The notes under the pieces: model-generated | Database searches by the model: none | What the model was told of the DNA's origin: nothing | What the model saw: the letters and a program-made list of their open reading frames with translations, nothing else | Shown: positions 35,980-46,739 of the stretch, in pieces | How positions within the stretch are numbered: position 1 is the stretch's first letter | Layout: the number at the start of each line of letters is the position of its first letter | Made by a program: the position numbers and the translations under genes | Source of the DNA: Bdellovibrionota bacterium | GTDB taxonomy: Bacteria; Bdellovibrionota; Bdellovibrionia; Bdellovibrionales; JAEYZS01 | Assembly: GCA_040386775.1 (NCBI GenBank) | Contig: JAZKEU010000007.1 | Location: 19,459-83,458, forward strand | DNA length: 64,000 nucleotides | Reading direction: 5' to 3'

Positions 35980-37497
35980 ATGTTCAAAAATGCTCTTGTC
36001 AGTGTTTCGGATAAAACCGGATTGAAGGAATTTTTAAAGCCACTCGTGGATCTTGGTTTGCGAGTTGTCTCTACAGGCGGCACGGCCAAATATCTCAAAG
36101 AAAATGGAATCAAAGTCACCGAAGTGAGTGAGCAGACGGGATTTCCGGAAGTGATGGACGGAAGAGTGAGAACTCTTCATCCGAAAATTCATATGGCTTT
36201 GCTGGCTAGACAAGAAAATGCAGAAGATATGAATTTACTCAAAGAATATTCTCTTGAGCCCTTCGATCTTGTTATTGGCAATTTGTATCCTTTTTCTCAG
36301 CATAAAGATTTGGATTTATCAGAGAGAGAATTGTCAGAGTACATTGATATCGGAGGCCCAGCTTTATTGAGAGCTGCTGCGAAAAACTATGAACACACAA
36401 CGGTGATTTGCGATACGAACGATTACAAATGGATTTCGGCTCAAGGAAACACCAATCGCGATCAAAGGAAAATTCTCGCCAGTAAACTCTTTAGCCATAT
36501 CTCTGGATATGATTCTATGGTGGCAAATCATTTGGCTGCGGATTCATTCTCATTCGATGAAACCACATTCTCAGCACAGCTCGTGCAAAAGCTCAGATAC
36601 GGGGAAAATCCACAACAGCAAGCTCTCTGGTTAAAGATGAAGGATGCGAAATACGGTCTTCACAATTCCAAGATCCTTCAAGGAAAAGAGCTTTCGTACA
36701 ATAATCTTTTAGATTTGGATGCGACTCTGGATTTGGCTGTTCTATTTGATAGGCCAACATGTATAGCTGTGAAACATAATAATCCTTGTGGAGTTTCTTC
36801 AGGTACAAATATCCTTGAGGCGACACAAAAAGCCTTGAAAGCAGATCCTATCAGTGTGTTTGGGGGAATTATTGCCCTTAATGAAACTGTAAATGAAGCG
36901 ACAGCGCATGAGCTTTCAAAAATATTTCTAGAGTGCGTGATCGCGCCGAAGTTTGATTCACAAGCTTTAAAAATTCTAGAAACAAAGAAAAACTTAAGAC
37001 TTTTAGAATACGATTTTAATCTTCACAAAAAAGAATCACTCATAAGATCTGTCTCTGGTGGATTCCTTCTTCAATCTCCTGATATCGTGAGTCTAGAGTG
37101 GGATAAAAATTGGCGAATTTATGGTGAAGAGCCTTCACAAGATATCAAAAAAGATTTACTATTTGCTTGGAAGGTTTGTTCGGCATTGAAAAGTAATGCC
37201 ATTGCGATAGTGGAAAATGAACTGAGCTTAGGTCTGGGCATGGGGCAAGTGAGTCGAATTGATAGTGTTCATCATGCGATTGATAGAATGAAGGAATACC
37301 ATTCTTCTCACAAAAGACCGGTGTTGGCGTCAGATGCATTTTTTCCGTTTGAAGATTCCATTCAAATCGCAGCACAAAATGGAATCCACTGGGTGATACA
37401 ACCTGGTGGTTCTGTTAAAGACGAACAGGTCATTGAAGCGGCAAAAAAGCTCGGAGTGAATATGATATTCACGGGAGTAAGACACTTTAGACATTAA
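35980..37497 (+). CDS. purH: bifunctional AICAR transformylase / IMP cyclohydrolase
   Basis: 505 aa. MFKNALVSVSDKTGL.. MGS-like N-domain, ..RTLHPKIH.., ..KHNNPCG.., ..GMGQVSRID.. Confidence 0.9.
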   Translation: MFKNALVSVSDKTGLKEFLKPLVDLGLRVVSTGGTAKYLKENGIKVTEVSEQTGFPEVMDGRVRTLHPKIHMALLARQENAEDMNLLKEYSLEPFDLVIGNLYPFSQHKDLDLSERELSEYIDIGGPALLRAAAKNYEHTTVICDTNDYKWISAQGNTNRDQRKILASKLFSHISGYDSMVANHLAADSFSFDETTFSAQLVQKLRYGENPQQQALWLKMKDAKYGLHNSKILQGKELSYNNLLDLDATLDLAVLFDRPTCIAVKHNNPCGVSSGTNILEATQKALKADPISVFGGIIALNETVNEATAHELSKIFLECVIAPKFDSQALKILETKKNLRLLEYDFNLHKKESLIRSVSGGFLLQSPDIVSLEWDKNWRIYGEEPSQDIKKDLLFAWKVCSALKSNAIAIVENELSLGLGMGQVSRIDSVHHAIDRMKEYHSSHKRPVLASDAFFPFEDSIQIAAQNGIHWVIQPGGSVKDEQVIEAAKKLGVNMIFTGVRHFRH

Positions 37498-37526
37498 AGT
37501 TAGGCGACAAAAGCTCTAAGGAATGA

Positions 37527-39278
37527 ATGCAAGGAAGCAACAATAGAGAATGGCTCATCAAGTCTTCGGGTGAAATCAAAGGGCCATATACATTCGAAGA
37601 AGTCGCACGTGGAATTATTTCTAAGGAATTTATTCTAGTTGATGAAATTTCAAAAAGCTTCAATCGTTGGAAATACCTCAGAGAAGAAGAAGAGTTTGAA
37701 AGAGTCATCACCGAACACAAGAATAAAGAATATCTAAAGAATGAAAAAACTTTCACCAATAGTGAAACAGATTCATTGACTGAGGATCTCAGTAAACAGG
37801 TATTGAATTTTGGAGGAGAAAAAATTCTTTCCAATGTGACTGAACATCTAAAAGATAATGAAGAGGCAAGGATTACTCAGCTTAAGGCAAAAGAAACAGA
37901 AAAGAAATTTGAAGAAATCCATGTTAAAAATTATGCATTGGAAGAAGATCTTAGAAAACAGGCTTCGGACAAAAGTTCTTTTTTCAGAATCTTTATTCTT
38001 CTTTTGGTGATTGGTTCAGGGGCAGCATTTTACTATCTCAATAAAAAAGAAAAGGTTCTAAGCTACGATGACCTAAAGAAAATGGCCTACGATAATATGA
38101 GTTACGGAAATTTTGAAGATGCAAAATTTTATCTAGAAAAAGCCTTAGCCGTGAACAGCACCAACGAAGAGTTAAAGTATTTACTCTCTTATGTGAGTGT
38201 GGAGTTAGACGACACAGTCACGGCACAAAGATTGGTTTCGGATTTGAGTAATACAGTAAAAGATAAAAAAATGAAATCTCAGATTTTTAATCTCTCAGGT
38301 ATTATGCAACTCAAAAATTTTAATCTCGAAGAGGCTAAAAAAAACTTTGATACATCTCTTAACAACAATCCAAAATTTGCCGCTGCTTTTTTCAATAAAG
38401 GCGTAGCTTTTTATCTAGACAATAAATTTGATCTTGCCTACCAAAATTTTACACAAAGCTTAGTAAATGGTGGCTTGGACGGCAGTATTCTTTTGAGCAT
38501 GGCAGAGATGAGTGCAAAAAACGGAACCGAAGCTAAATCCAACGCTGCCATAAAAAAACAAGTAGAAGACATCATAAATTTAGTGACAAGGCAGAGTCAG
38601 AATCTCTTTGCATACAAACAGGAACTAAAAATAGCGGCAGCTTATCTCCATTTTATTATGGAGGAGAAGCAGTCTATGGAAAAACTTTTAGAGGACGCTG
38701 TAAATGTGGATCCCTTCTTAACATCAGATCATGTCCTTGATGTGGCCTTCTATAAAGGCTTGGTGACTTGGGATCGCATGGTGATGTGGATTAAAAAAAT
38801 GAAAGATGCATATCCTAAGAATGAAAATTTAAGATCTCTTTATGGATACGCTCTCTTCAAAGGTTCGGAGAAACTCAAAGGAAAGGATATCCTTGAGGGA
38901 CTTCTCAAATCCGATTATTCAAATACATCGAATCAAATTCTTTTGTCTTATGCTCTTATGACCTTAAAAAGAGACGATGATGCAAAGGCAACTCTTGCGC
39001 CAATAATGCACCATCGTGATAAAAGTCTTTCGTTTGTTCTCATGGGAAGAATATGTCTGATCAAGAAAGATTTTCCCTGTGCAGACTTGAATTATAGTGA
39101 AGCCTTAAGAATTGATAAGGACAGTCTTCCTGCGATGGCCGGACTTGCGCAGACCTACTACGAGCTTAAGGACCTAAATAAATCAAGAAATTTAGCTGCA
39201 CGAGCTTACAAGATGTCGCCGGTATACAAACCCATTTTGAGCCTAAAAAGAAAACTAGAAATAGCCAGCAAAGAATAA
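37527..39278 (+). CDS. GYF_2-like N-terminal domain / TM / TPR-repeat protein
   Basis: 583 aa. ..WLIKSSGEIKGPYTFEEVARGI.. (GYF_2-like), one TM (FFRIFILLLVIGSGAAFYYL), and multiple TPR-like repeats (..NPKFAAAFFNKGVAFY..). Confidence 0.55.
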   Translation: MQGSNNREWLIKSSGEIKGPYTFEEVARGIISKEFILVDEISKSFNRWKYLREEEEFERVITEHKNKEYLKNEKTFTNSETDSLTEDLSKQVLNFGGEKILSNVTEHLKDNEEARITQLKAKETEKKFEEIHVKNYALEEDLRKQASDKSSFFRIFILLLVIGSGAAFYYLNKKEKVLSYDDLKKMAYDNMSYGNFEDAKFYLEKALAVNSTNEELKYLLSYVSVELDDTVTAQRLVSDLSNTVKDKKMKSQIFNLSGIMQLKNFNLEEAKKNFDTSLNNNPKFAAAFFNKGVAFYLDNKFDLAYQNFTQSLVNGGLDGSILLSMAEMSAKNGTEAKSNAAIKKQVEDIINLVTRQSQNLFAYKQELKIAAAYLHFIMEEKQSMEKLLEDAVNVDPFLTSDHVLDVAFYKGLVTWDRMVMWIKKMKDAYPKNENLRSLYGYALFKGSEKLKGKDILEGLLKSDYSNTSNQILLSYALMTLKRDDDAKATLAPIMHHRDKSLSFVLMGRICLIKKDFPCADLNYSEALRIDKDSLPAMAGLAQTYYELKDLNKSRNLAARAYKMSPVYKPILSLKRKLEIASKE

Positions 39279-39287
39279 GAGGAAAGT

Positions 39288-39953
39288 ATGAAAATCTTAA
39301 AAATAGTGAGTTTGGGTTTTTTCTTGTTGTTCTCTATTTCTTGTGAAAAAGAAAAAGCTCAAAAGAAAAGTGATTTTGAAATTGTAAATCAAACGGATGC
39401 AAAGTTTGATATCGTTTTTACGCAAGAACTTTGGGATGAGATTTTAAGGAAAGCTCCTCTTACGGTGGATACGAAAAAAAACACTTATGAGTTATTTGAA
39501 TCTTTGTCTACACAAGTTGAAGTTGTGGATGGCCCGAAAGAAGTTTTAAACGGGAAAAACTATCGTTTTGACTTCAAAGATTTTGGCGGTGAAATCAACT
39601 GGAACAATTACCTCAATCGCGAGGCGGTTGGTAATTTTAAAATCTACTTTAATTTTCCAGCTCTCAGCGAAGAAAGCGATATGCGGGTTTATTATATGAG
39701 CTGGTCTAAGCAGAGTTCAAAAGATGATGAAGTTTTTGGAAACGGATGTGGTTATTTCTATGACGTTACTGGCTATTTTAAGAAGGAAGTATTTAAAAAA
39801 GGCTTACTGCTTCATACAAGCAATTACAGGTATTTAGATTTAGCTGCGGGTCGTTTTTATTTTGTTAATTACACAAAAGAAAAAATTCAACTTGCCCAAG
39901 TTACCCTCACAGATTCAAGCTTAGACAACAGATTATGCGCTGACCGTTTATAG
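39288..39953 (+). CDS. lipoprotein, unknown function
   Basis: 221 aa. Lipobox LLFSIS/C. RBS AGAGGAAAG upstream. Confidence 0.55.
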   Translation: MKILKIVSLGFFLLFSISCEKEKAQKKSDFEIVNQTDAKFDIVFTQELWDEILRKAPLTVDTKKNTYELFESLSTQVEVVDGPKEVLNGKNYRFDFKDFGGEINWNNYLNREAVGNFKIYFNFPALSEESDMRVYYMSWSKQSSKDDEVFGNGCGYFYDVTGYFKKEVFKKGLLLHTSNYRYLDLAAGRFYFVNYTKEKIQLAQVTLTDSSLDNRLCADRL

Positions 39954-39969
39954 ATACCCGGGAGAAAAT

Positions 39970-40860
39970 ATGAAAGAATTAGTTGCCGTGAATGGTGAGA
40001 TTTATAAACCTGGTGATGCTAAGATCAGTGTTTTTGATAGAGGCTTTTTATTTGGTGATGCCATATACGAAGTGACGAGATCTTATGGAAGAATTTTTTT
40101 TCAAATTGAAGCTCATATTGAAAGACTCTACCGATCTGCCAAGTGGATCGATATGGATCTTGCTAAAACCCAAAGCGAAATGATCAGGCACATCTACGAT
40201 ATCTACAAAAAAATAGATTGCGAAGATGTATACATGAGAATCCAAATCTCTCGCGGTGATGGGCCTATTGGCATGAGCAAGAATATGGTGAAAAAACCCA
40301 ATGAGGTGATCATTATTTATCCCTTTGTACAAATTGATAAAAAGTATTTTGATGAAGGCGCAAAGATTTTTGTTACCGAAAGATTAAGAAATGCCAAGAA
40401 AGCCCTCGATCCAAACATTAAATCTGGGAATTATTTGAACAATGTGTTGGCCTACAATGAAGGTGAAAAAGAAGGTGCTTTCGAAACTTTTATGGTGAAT
40501 TCGCAAGGTCATGTGACGGAAGGTACAACTTCCAATATTTTTATGGTGAAAAACAATACGCTCATTACGCCACCTGCAAATTACGACATTTTGGTGGGAA
40601 TTACCCGCGGAATTGTTATGGAAATAGCTGAGAACATTGGCCTAAAGGTAGAAGAAAAGGGATTTGATCTTAAAACTCTCCAAAGCGCAGACGAAGTATT
40701 CCTGACCTCTTCGACTAGAGAAATAGTTCCAGTCAAAGATGTGAATGGCAAAACTTTCAAAGTAGGGCAATTTGAGAAGACAAGAAAGCTAATTGAAGGT
40801 TATAAGGCCTATACAAGTCGATATTTGGAAAACGCGAAAAAAGAACATCCCTGGAGATAA
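39970..40860 (+). CDS. class IV (fold type IV) aminotransferase (IlvE/Dat family)
   Basis: 296 aa. ..DRGFLFGDAIYEV.., ..EGTTSNIF.., ..GITRG.., ..EVFLTSSTREIVPV.. Confidence 0.8.
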   Translation: MKELVAVNGEIYKPGDAKISVFDRGFLFGDAIYEVTRSYGRIFFQIEAHIERLYRSAKWIDMDLAKTQSEMIRHIYDIYKKIDCEDVYMRIQISRGDGPIGMSKNMVKKPNEVIIIYPFVQIDKKYFDEGAKIFVTERLRNAKKALDPNIKSGNYLNNVLAYNEGEKEGAFETFMVNSQGHVTEGTTSNIFMVKNNTLITPPANYDILVGITRGIVMEIAENIGLKVEEKGFDLKTLQSADEVFLTSSTREIVPVKDVNGKTFKVGQFEKTRKLIEGYKAYTSRYLENAKKEHPWR

Positions 40861-40863
40861 TTT

Positions 40864-41850
40864 TTGGAAAAAATTTACGTCAAAGATTTAAAACCTTCAC
40901 AAGCTATTAAATGTACATTTTTAGTGAAGGATAAGAACTTAGGAACAGACAAGAAAGGCCATTCTTTTTTAAGTCTAGTGCTTTCAGATAAAACTGGCCA
41001 AGTGGACGCAAGAGTTTTTGGTCAAGCAGAAGAAATGAATGAACTGTTTGAAGTGGATGATTTTGTTTTTGTAAAGGCTACAGTTCAAAAATTTCAAAAT
41101 CGTAATCAACTTGTCATTCAGAATATCGAAGCGATGAGCCCAACCTCGGTACAGATTGCCGATTTTTTGCCCACTACCAAAAACAACATCGAAGAAATGT
41201 TCTCGGACCTTATCAAGATTTCCCAAGAGGTTAGAAACCCATTCATCAAAGATCTAATTTTAAACACTCTAAACGATTCTGAAATTCAGCCACTCATCAA
41301 AAAGTGCCCGGCAGCAAAATCTGTGCATCACGCCTACATTGGAGGATTGCTAGAGCATACTCTTTCAATTTGTAATGTGATGAAATTGATATCGCAGAAT
41401 TATAAAGAACTGGATTTAGATCTTTTGATTTTTGGAGCTATCTTTCATGACATTGGGAAGGTGTGGGAGCTTTCGTTTGATACGTACATTGGTTACACGG
41501 ACGTAGGAAGATTGGTTGGCCATATTCCTCTCGGCAGCGAGCTTGTCGAGAGAAAGGCAAAAGAAATTCCTAATTTCCCTGTGGAATTAAAAAATGTATG
41601 CAAGCATCTAGTGCTCACTCACCATGGTAAATTAGAATATGGATCCCCTAAGAGACCAAAATTCTTAGAGGCTATGGTGGTGGGTATGATTGACGAGTTG
41701 GACAGCCGTATCAATTCGATGATGACCTACATGAACGCTCAAATGAGTGAGAGCAACCCCGAGCAAAAATGGTCCAGCTACAATTCCATGTATGATCGCT
41801 ACTTTTATCTTGATGTGCTTAAGCAGCAAAAGGCTAAAGTCGAAAAATGA
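40864..41850 (+). CDS. OB-fold + HD-domain phosphohydrolase (YhaM-like 3'-5' exoribonuclease)
   Basis: TTG start. N-terminal OB fold (..DKTGQVDARVF..), HD domain HHAYIGGLLEHTL ... FHDIGK ... HHGKLEYGSP. Confidence 0.7.
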   Translation: MEKIYVKDLKPSQAIKCTFLVKDKNLGTDKKGHSFLSLVLSDKTGQVDARVFGQAEEMNELFEVDDFVFVKATVQKFQNRNQLVIQNIEAMSPTSVQIADFLPTTKNNIEEMFSDLIKISQEVRNPFIKDLILNTLNDSEIQPLIKKCPAAKSVHHAYIGGLLEHTLSICNVMKLISQNYKELDLDLLIFGAIFHDIGKVWELSFDTYIGYTDVGRLVGHIPLGSELVERKAKEIPNFPVELKNVCKHLVLTHHGKLEYGSPKRPKFLEAMVVGMIDELDSRINSMMTYMNAQMSESNPEQKWSSYNSMYDRYFYLDVLKQQKAKVEK

Positions 41851-42656
41851 AATTTTTAAAAGACTTCGCCAAATCAATATGGAAGAAGTCCAACGAAGAT
41901 CTTCTCTTCACGCATGCGGCAGCGTTGACTTATTATTCGTTTATTTATTTTGTACCGATCTTGGCTCTTTTCTATTTTTTCTTTGATTACTTCAATGGAT
42001 TTGAACAGATTAAAGCTTCGATACAAAGTTTCGTAGGAGTCTATCTCGCGCCTCAACTTGCAGAGACGATTTTGTCATACGTGCAAACAATTCAAGATAG
42101 AGTTTCGGTAGAGGCCATTGGTATTTTTGGATTGATCGGTTTTTTAGTTTCGAGTTTTTTGATGCTCTATCAAATTGAATTTTCTTTCAATGCCATGTTG
42201 GGTAGCAATCATCCTGAGCATAGAATTAAAAGGATGATTAAATATGTGATTCTAATGACTTTAGGACCAATTTTTATTGGTCTTTCTATTCTTGCACAGC
42301 GATCGGTTTATAAAATCACGGACGGCCACGTTGAGATCACGGCACTTTCAGTTCTTGTTTCTATTTTACCTTTGGTAACAACATTGATTTTTATTACGAC
42401 AATGTACAGGTGGGTTTCTGCAATTCGATTGACTTGGAAGACCTGCATGAAGGCAGGTGCATTTGCTGGAATTGGGATTGAAGTTGTTAAGCAACTTTAC
42501 GCCTATTACGTCGTATACTCTTTGAAGGGTAGTCCCTACGGTGCAATGGCTGTGCTGCCACTATTTTTAATTTGGATCAATACCATTTGGACAATCACTT
42601 TGCTTGGGGGGCAGATCTGTTGTTATTTGAATGCTAGGGAATCAAAGGTTTTTTAA
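41847..42656 (+). CDS. YihY/BrkB-family membrane protein
   Basis: 269 aa, about 6 TM. ..[19 protein letters not shown].. signature. Confidence 0.7.
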   Translation: MKFLKDFAKSIWKKSNEDLLFTHAAALTYYSFIYFVPILALFYFFFDYFNGFEQIKASIQSFVGVYLAPQLAETILSYVQTIQDRVSVEAIGIFGLIGFLVSSFLMLYQIEFSFNAMLGSNHPEHRIKRMIKYVILMTLGPIFIGLSILAQRSVYKITDGHVEITALSVLVSILPLVTTLIFITTMYRWVSAIRLTWKTCMKAGAFAGIGIEVVKQLYAYYVVYSLKGSPYGAMAVLPLFLIWINTIWTITLLGGQICCYLNARESKVF

Positions 42657-43153
42657 TCTACTTTTAGTGTTGCAGGGATTCCTGTAACAATCACACCACT
42701 AGGAACATCACGAGTCACTACAGAGTTTGCGCCCACGACAGAGCTGTCACCGATCGTAATATTTCCTAAAATTTTTGCGCCTGCTCCGATAATCACTTTG
42801 TTTCCGATAGTTGGGTGTCTCTTTTTATCTTCAAAATTTTTTCCACCGAGAGTAACTCCGTGAAAGATCAAGCAATCATCACCGACGATTGCGGTTTCGC
42901 CAATCACAACGCCCATGCCATGATCGATCACGACTCTTTTGCCTAGGCGAGCGCCTGGATGAATTTCGATCCCTGTTAAGAGTCTTCCGATTTCTGAAAC
43001 GAGCCTTGCCAGGATATAAAGTTTAGCCTGATATAGTGGATGAGCAATTCTATGAAAGCCTATAGCTTTTACGCCAGGATAACAAATAAACACTTCGAGC
43101 AAGGATTTGGCTGCGGGGTCATAATTTTTGTACGCTCTTAAGAACTCAAACAT
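42653..43153 (-). CDS. cysE: serine O-acetyltransferase
   Basis: 166 aa. ..[14 protein letters not shown].., hexapeptide repeats [41 protein letters not shown]. Confidence 0.85.
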   Translation of the reverse strand: MFEFLRAYKNYDPAAKSLLEVFICYPGVKAIGFHRIAHPLYQAKLYILARLVSEIGRLLTGIEIHPGARLGKRVVIDHGMGVVIGETAIVGDDCLIFHGVTLGGKNFEDKKRHPTIGNKVIIGAGAKILGNITIGDSSVVGANSVVTRDVPSGVIVTGIPATLKVD

Positions 43154-43267
43154 GGGCCTAAGTTATAGAAATATTATCTAAAGATCAACGAATTAGCTTG
43201 AGTCTTATATTCTTTTTGAACCCGAATATATTGATCTTTGTTTGCTGAATGTGCTAACTAAGTGTCT

Positions 43268-44110
43268 ATGTTAGAGACTCAAACGAAAACCCCTAAAAAT
43301 AATGCCACGGTGGATAGTGATAAATCAAATCTAGAGAAGCTGGAGAAGCGTATCTTTAGAAAGGTCGGCACAGCTATATCTGATTTCAATATGATCGAAG
43401 AGGGTGACCGCATTTTGGTGGCAGTTTCGGGTGGTAAAGATTCGTGGGTTTTGCTTCATGTTTTAAATGAACTGAAGAAAAGAGCTCCTATTCATTTTGA
43501 TTTGATTGTCGTAAACATTGACCAAGGCTATGCAGGATTCAGGCAAGATCTTATCGATGATTTCTTGGAAACTAAGGACATCAAGAGAGACATGCAGTAT
43601 TTTGATATTGCAACTCTACTTGATGAAAAAATGAAGGATGGATCTGTTCCATGTTCTCTTTGCGCAAGATTAAGAAGAGGCGCACTTTCTGGAGCTGCTA
43701 AAAAATTAGAATGCAATAAAATTGCTCTTGGTCATCATTTGGATGATTTTATTGAGACCTTGCTTTTGAACGAATTTTTCTCTGGTCGGGTAGCAACTAT
43801 GGCTCCAGTTCTTCAGCCAGAAGAAAGTCCAGAGCGTGTAATTCGTCCTCTGGTCTATGTGCCCGAGAGCGACATTATTGAATTTGCAAAGTCTGAAGGA
43901 TTTCCGATTGTGTGCTGTCAATGTCCACTGATGTGTGGGGAGAACACGCATATTGATCATAAGAGACGTTACATCAAGACGCTGCTAAAGACCTTGCAGA
44001 AAGATATTCCAGAAATCAAGAATTCACTCATCGCCTCCATGGGCCGCGTACAACCTAGCCATATGTTAGATAGAGATATTTGGGATTTCACAAAAATGGA
44101 GAAGAAGTAA
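43268..44110 (+). CDS. ttcA: tRNA 2-thiocytidine biosynthesis protein TtcA (PP-loop ATPase)
   Basis: PP-loop VAVSGGKDS, CSLCARLRRG, LGHHLDDFIETLLLN, C-terminal CCQCP. The start is GTG 43262 or ATG 43268. Confidence 0.8.
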   Translation: MLETQTKTPKNNATVDSDKSNLEKLEKRIFRKVGTAISDFNMIEEGDRILVAVSGGKDSWVLLHVLNELKKRAPIHFDLIVVNIDQGYAGFRQDLIDDFLETKDIKRDMQYFDIATLLDEKMKDGSVPCSLCARLRRGALSGAAKKLECNKIALGHHLDDFIETLLLNEFFSGRVATMAPVLQPEESPERVIRPLVYVPESDIIEFAKSEGFPIVCCQCPLMCGENTHIDHKRRYIKTLLKTLQKDIPEIKNSLIASMGRVQPSHMLDRDIWDFTKMEKK

Positions 44111-44766
44111 TGCTATATGTAGTTGCTCTTCCCATCGGAAATCTCGAGGATATCACATTGAGGGCTCTCAAGCTCTTGCGAGAGGCCGACGTGATCATCG
44201 GGGAAGAACGCAAAGAACTCATTCCCATGCTAAAACATTTCGAAGTAGATTTTCATTCTAAGACTTTAGAGTTCTTAAATGAGCATTCGGATAAAGAAGA
44301 CCTTCAGCATTTGAAAGGTCTTTGCAAAGATAAGAATGTCGTTCTGGTTTCAGATTGTGGAACACCGGTGTTTTGTGATCCCGGCGCTCACTTGATTTCA
44401 CTTTGCAGAAAAGAAAAGATTTCAGTGATTTCTGCACCTGGTGCTTCAAGTTTGATGACTCTTTTGAGTTTGTCTTCAGAAAAACTTTTAAAATTTCAAT
44501 TTGTTGGATTCTTGCCTCGCGAAAAAGAAGATCGCCAAAGAGAAATTGCAAAACTTAAAAATATCAAAGAAAGCTTTATCGTGATGGATACGCCTTATCG
44601 CTTAAAGGCCACCATCGATCAATTGGCTCAAGCGATGTCTGGTCGTAGAGCGCTTTTGGGTTGCGATCTCACTCAAAGCAACGAGCTTGTAATTGAAGAC
44701 ACGCTCTCCAAAATCAACGCTCAGCTTGGTGACGAAAAAAGAGAGTTTATTCTTTTAGTTTACTGA
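44110..44766 (+). CDS. rsmI: tetrapyrrole-methylase-fold SAM methyltransferase (RsmI-like 16S rRNA 2'-O-methyltransferase)
   Basis: ATG 44110 overlaps the ttcA stop. MLYVVALPIGNLEDITLRALKLLREADVIIGEE is the RsmI N-terminal pattern. Shorter than typical RsmI. Confidence 0.65.
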   Translation: MLYVVALPIGNLEDITLRALKLLREADVIIGEERKELIPMLKHFEVDFHSKTLEFLNEHSDKEDLQHLKGLCKDKNVVLVSDCGTPVFCDPGAHLISLCRKEKISVISAPGASSLMTLLSLSSEKLLKFQFVGFLPREKEDRQREIAKLKNIKESFIVMDTPYRLKATIDQLAQAMSGRRALLGCDLTQSNELVIEDTLSKINAQLGDEKREFILLVY

Positions 44767-44983
44767 TCTTATTTAAAATATCTATTTTAATTTTATCAGT
44801 AGCAGATTTATTGAATTTAGAATTCATTAAATGCTTAAAACTATTTTGTAATGTGATTATATGCTTGTAATATCTTTGACACATTTTACACAAAGCCAAG
44901 TGAAGTTTTATTTCTATTTTCTTTATAATTCCAATATCTTCAGATGAACTAATTTTTTTTGTTACTTCTCGACAAGTCATCAT
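44747..44983 (-). CDS. zf-HC2 anti-sigma factor (short, no TM)
   Basis: 78 aa. MMTCREV...LHLALCKMCQ matches the H-x3-C-x2-C anti-sigma zinc motif. ATGA overlap with the upstream ECF sigma stop. Confidence 0.65.
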   Translation of the reverse strand: MMTCREVTKKISSSEDIGIIKKIEIKLHLALCKMCQRYYKHIITLQNSFKHLMNSKFNKSATDKIKIDILNKISKLKE

Positions 44984-45564
44984 ATTACTACTGCCTTTTT
45001 TTCAATGCACTCTCGGAGTCTATTTCTGGCTCTATACAAGAGTACATTTAGGTTAGTCTCAGTAATCTCTAAAATCTTACAAATATCCTTAGAGCATTCT
45101 TCATCAATTTCTCTCATAGCAAAAGCCATACGCTGAATGTCCGGAAGCTTTTCTAAGCAATTCTCGATTTCTTCTTTAGTATTGGCTGTGAGAAGAAAAC
45201 TTTCAGGGTCAATTGGTGATTGAATCCAATGGCCAGTATTATCGAACCTATTGTTCATGTGATTATCAATTGGGTCGTTTTTATCCATTTTTTGTTTATT
45301 TCTAAATTGATCGTGAATTTTATTGTATAAAATTCCAAATAGATAAGTTTGTACTTTAGATCGAGCTTCAAACTTATGAGCAACATCGAGAAATGTTAAC
45401 CATGTGGATTGTGTACAGTCGGCTGCGGCCTCTTCATTGAGTCCCATGCCCAGGCAGCATCGATAGAGTTTGTCTGTATAAGCTTCTACCAGTTGGCTTA
45501 GAGCTAAAGGATCTTTAGCTCTAATTTTTAAAATAAAAATTTCGGTAGAAAATACATCTGACAT
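44980..45564 (-). CDS. ECF-type sigma-70 family RNA polymerase sigma factor
   Basis: 194 aa. Region 2 (..LVEAYTDKLYRCCLGM..STWLTF..) and region 4 HTH (..IQRMAFAMREIDEECSKDICKILEITETNLNVLLYRARNRLRE). Confidence 0.8.
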   Translation of the reverse strand: MSDVFSTEIFILKIRAKDPLALSQLVEAYTDKLYRCCLGMGLNEEAAADCTQSTWLTFLDVAHKFEARSKVQTYLFGILYNKIHDQFRNKQKMDKNDPIDNHMNNRFDNTGHWIQSPIDPESFLLTANTKEEIENCLEKLPDIQRMAFAMREIDEECSKDICKILEITETNLNVLLYRARNRLRECIEKKAVVI

Positions 45565-45567
45565 TAT

Positions 45568-46008
45568 TTATTTTTTTCGAAAAAGAATTTGATCTAAAGA
45601 AAAAGCTCCGGAACCCAATGTAAATACACAGAGGATAATGACGGCATACAATGCTGGACTAAGTTCTGATAATGCATAAATCGAAGTCACGTCCTCTTTA
45701 TGTGCAGTGAGAACGGCAACAACCATAATACAAAAAAGTGGTATGCAAGATAATCTCGTAAAAAAACCTACAAGAACAAAAATTCCAAAAATAACTTCAC
45801 TGAAGGCGGCCAGGGGAGCTTGAATTGTTGCTAATGGAATATTGAGAGATTTAAAGTATTCAATCGTTTTGCCTAAGTTTTGCAATTTGCCCCACCCTGC
45901 AGGGATAAATACCGTAGCGATGAAAAGGCGTGGAATTAATTTTAAAACTGGATCTAATATAAAAGATAAGCTTTGGACTTTACTATCAACTCTACTAAAA
46001 AAACCCAC
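45568..46008 (-). CDS. DoxX-family membrane protein
   Basis: 146 aa, 4 TM. ..RLFIATVFIPAGWGKL.. pattern. Lies 3 nt upstream of the sigma gene. Confidence 0.75.
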   Translation of the reverse strand: MGFFSRVDSKVQSLSFILDPVLKLIPRLFIATVFIPAGWGKLQNLGKTIEYFKSLNIPLATIQAPLAAFSEVIFGIFVLVGFFTRLSCIPLFCIMVVAVLTAHKEDVTSIYALSELSPALYAVIILCVFTLGSGAFSLDQILFRKK

Positions 46009-46049
46009 AGATATCTCCTCGTATATTTAATTGCTCCACAGAGTGAGCG

Positions 46050-46739
46050 TTATTTTTGAATGCCGACAATCAATCCACGACTGGAGAGCATTGCGAATAT
46101 CCTAAATAATTCTTCTGGACTACTAATCCTTTCAACAATTTTAGAAATATTCAAGCCTTCAAGTATCATATCTATAATTTTATAACTATTGAGATCAATT
46201 TTATCAGTAGTCACTTCGCTATCTGCGCGATATAGAAGGTAGAGGTGATCACCCTTTATGGCCAACTGTACTGCTGGATGGAGTTCCATTTTTAAAGTTA
46301 GTATCTCTTCTTCTGAATATTGCGACAATGTGGATATATCAACAGGAATTTTGTGATGGGCGGCAAATGTAATGCATTTCTTCCATTCAAAATTTGCAGA
46401 CTCATAAAGGTCCCTTTCATTTTTAACATCAAAAAAGAGGGGGAAGCTCTGGCTGTATTCACCGAGATTATTGAATTTTGAAGGATTTTCTTTAAGGAAT
46501 TTTCTAAGCTGACTTCTTAGGTCTCCCTTAGTTTTTTTAATCAATTCAAAAGTTTCAGGAAAATCTTCTTCAAGAGACTCTTCGATGCGCAGGAAGTAAG
46601 CATTTTGATAAACTTTCAACCTTTGAAGTTTAGAGAACTGTGCTGTCTCTCTAAGAGGTAGAGAGTTTAAAAACTCAGGCTCAAAATTTTTAGTAATGGC
46701 TTCTTTAAATTGAAGCTGTAATTTTTTTAGTGAATTCAC
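46050..46739 (-). CDS. DUF2063-family protein (partner/chaperone of MNIO enzymes; BufC/HvfC-like)
   Basis: 229 aa. N-terminal ..LKKLQLQFKEAI.. pattern. Overlaps the DUF692 gene by 35 nt, the canonical DUF692-DUF2063 pairing. Confidence 0.7.
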   Translation of the reverse strand: MNSLKKLQLQFKEAITKNFEPEFLNSLPLRETAQFSKLQRLKVYQNAYFLRIEESLEEDFPETFELIKKTKGDLRSQLRKFLKENPSKFNNLGEYSQSFPLFFDVKNERDLYESANFEWKKCITFAAHHKIPVDISTLSQYSEEEILTLKMELHPAVQLAIKGDHLYLLYRADSEVTTDKIDLNSYKIIDMILEGLNISKIVERISSPEELFRIFAMLSSRGLIVGIQK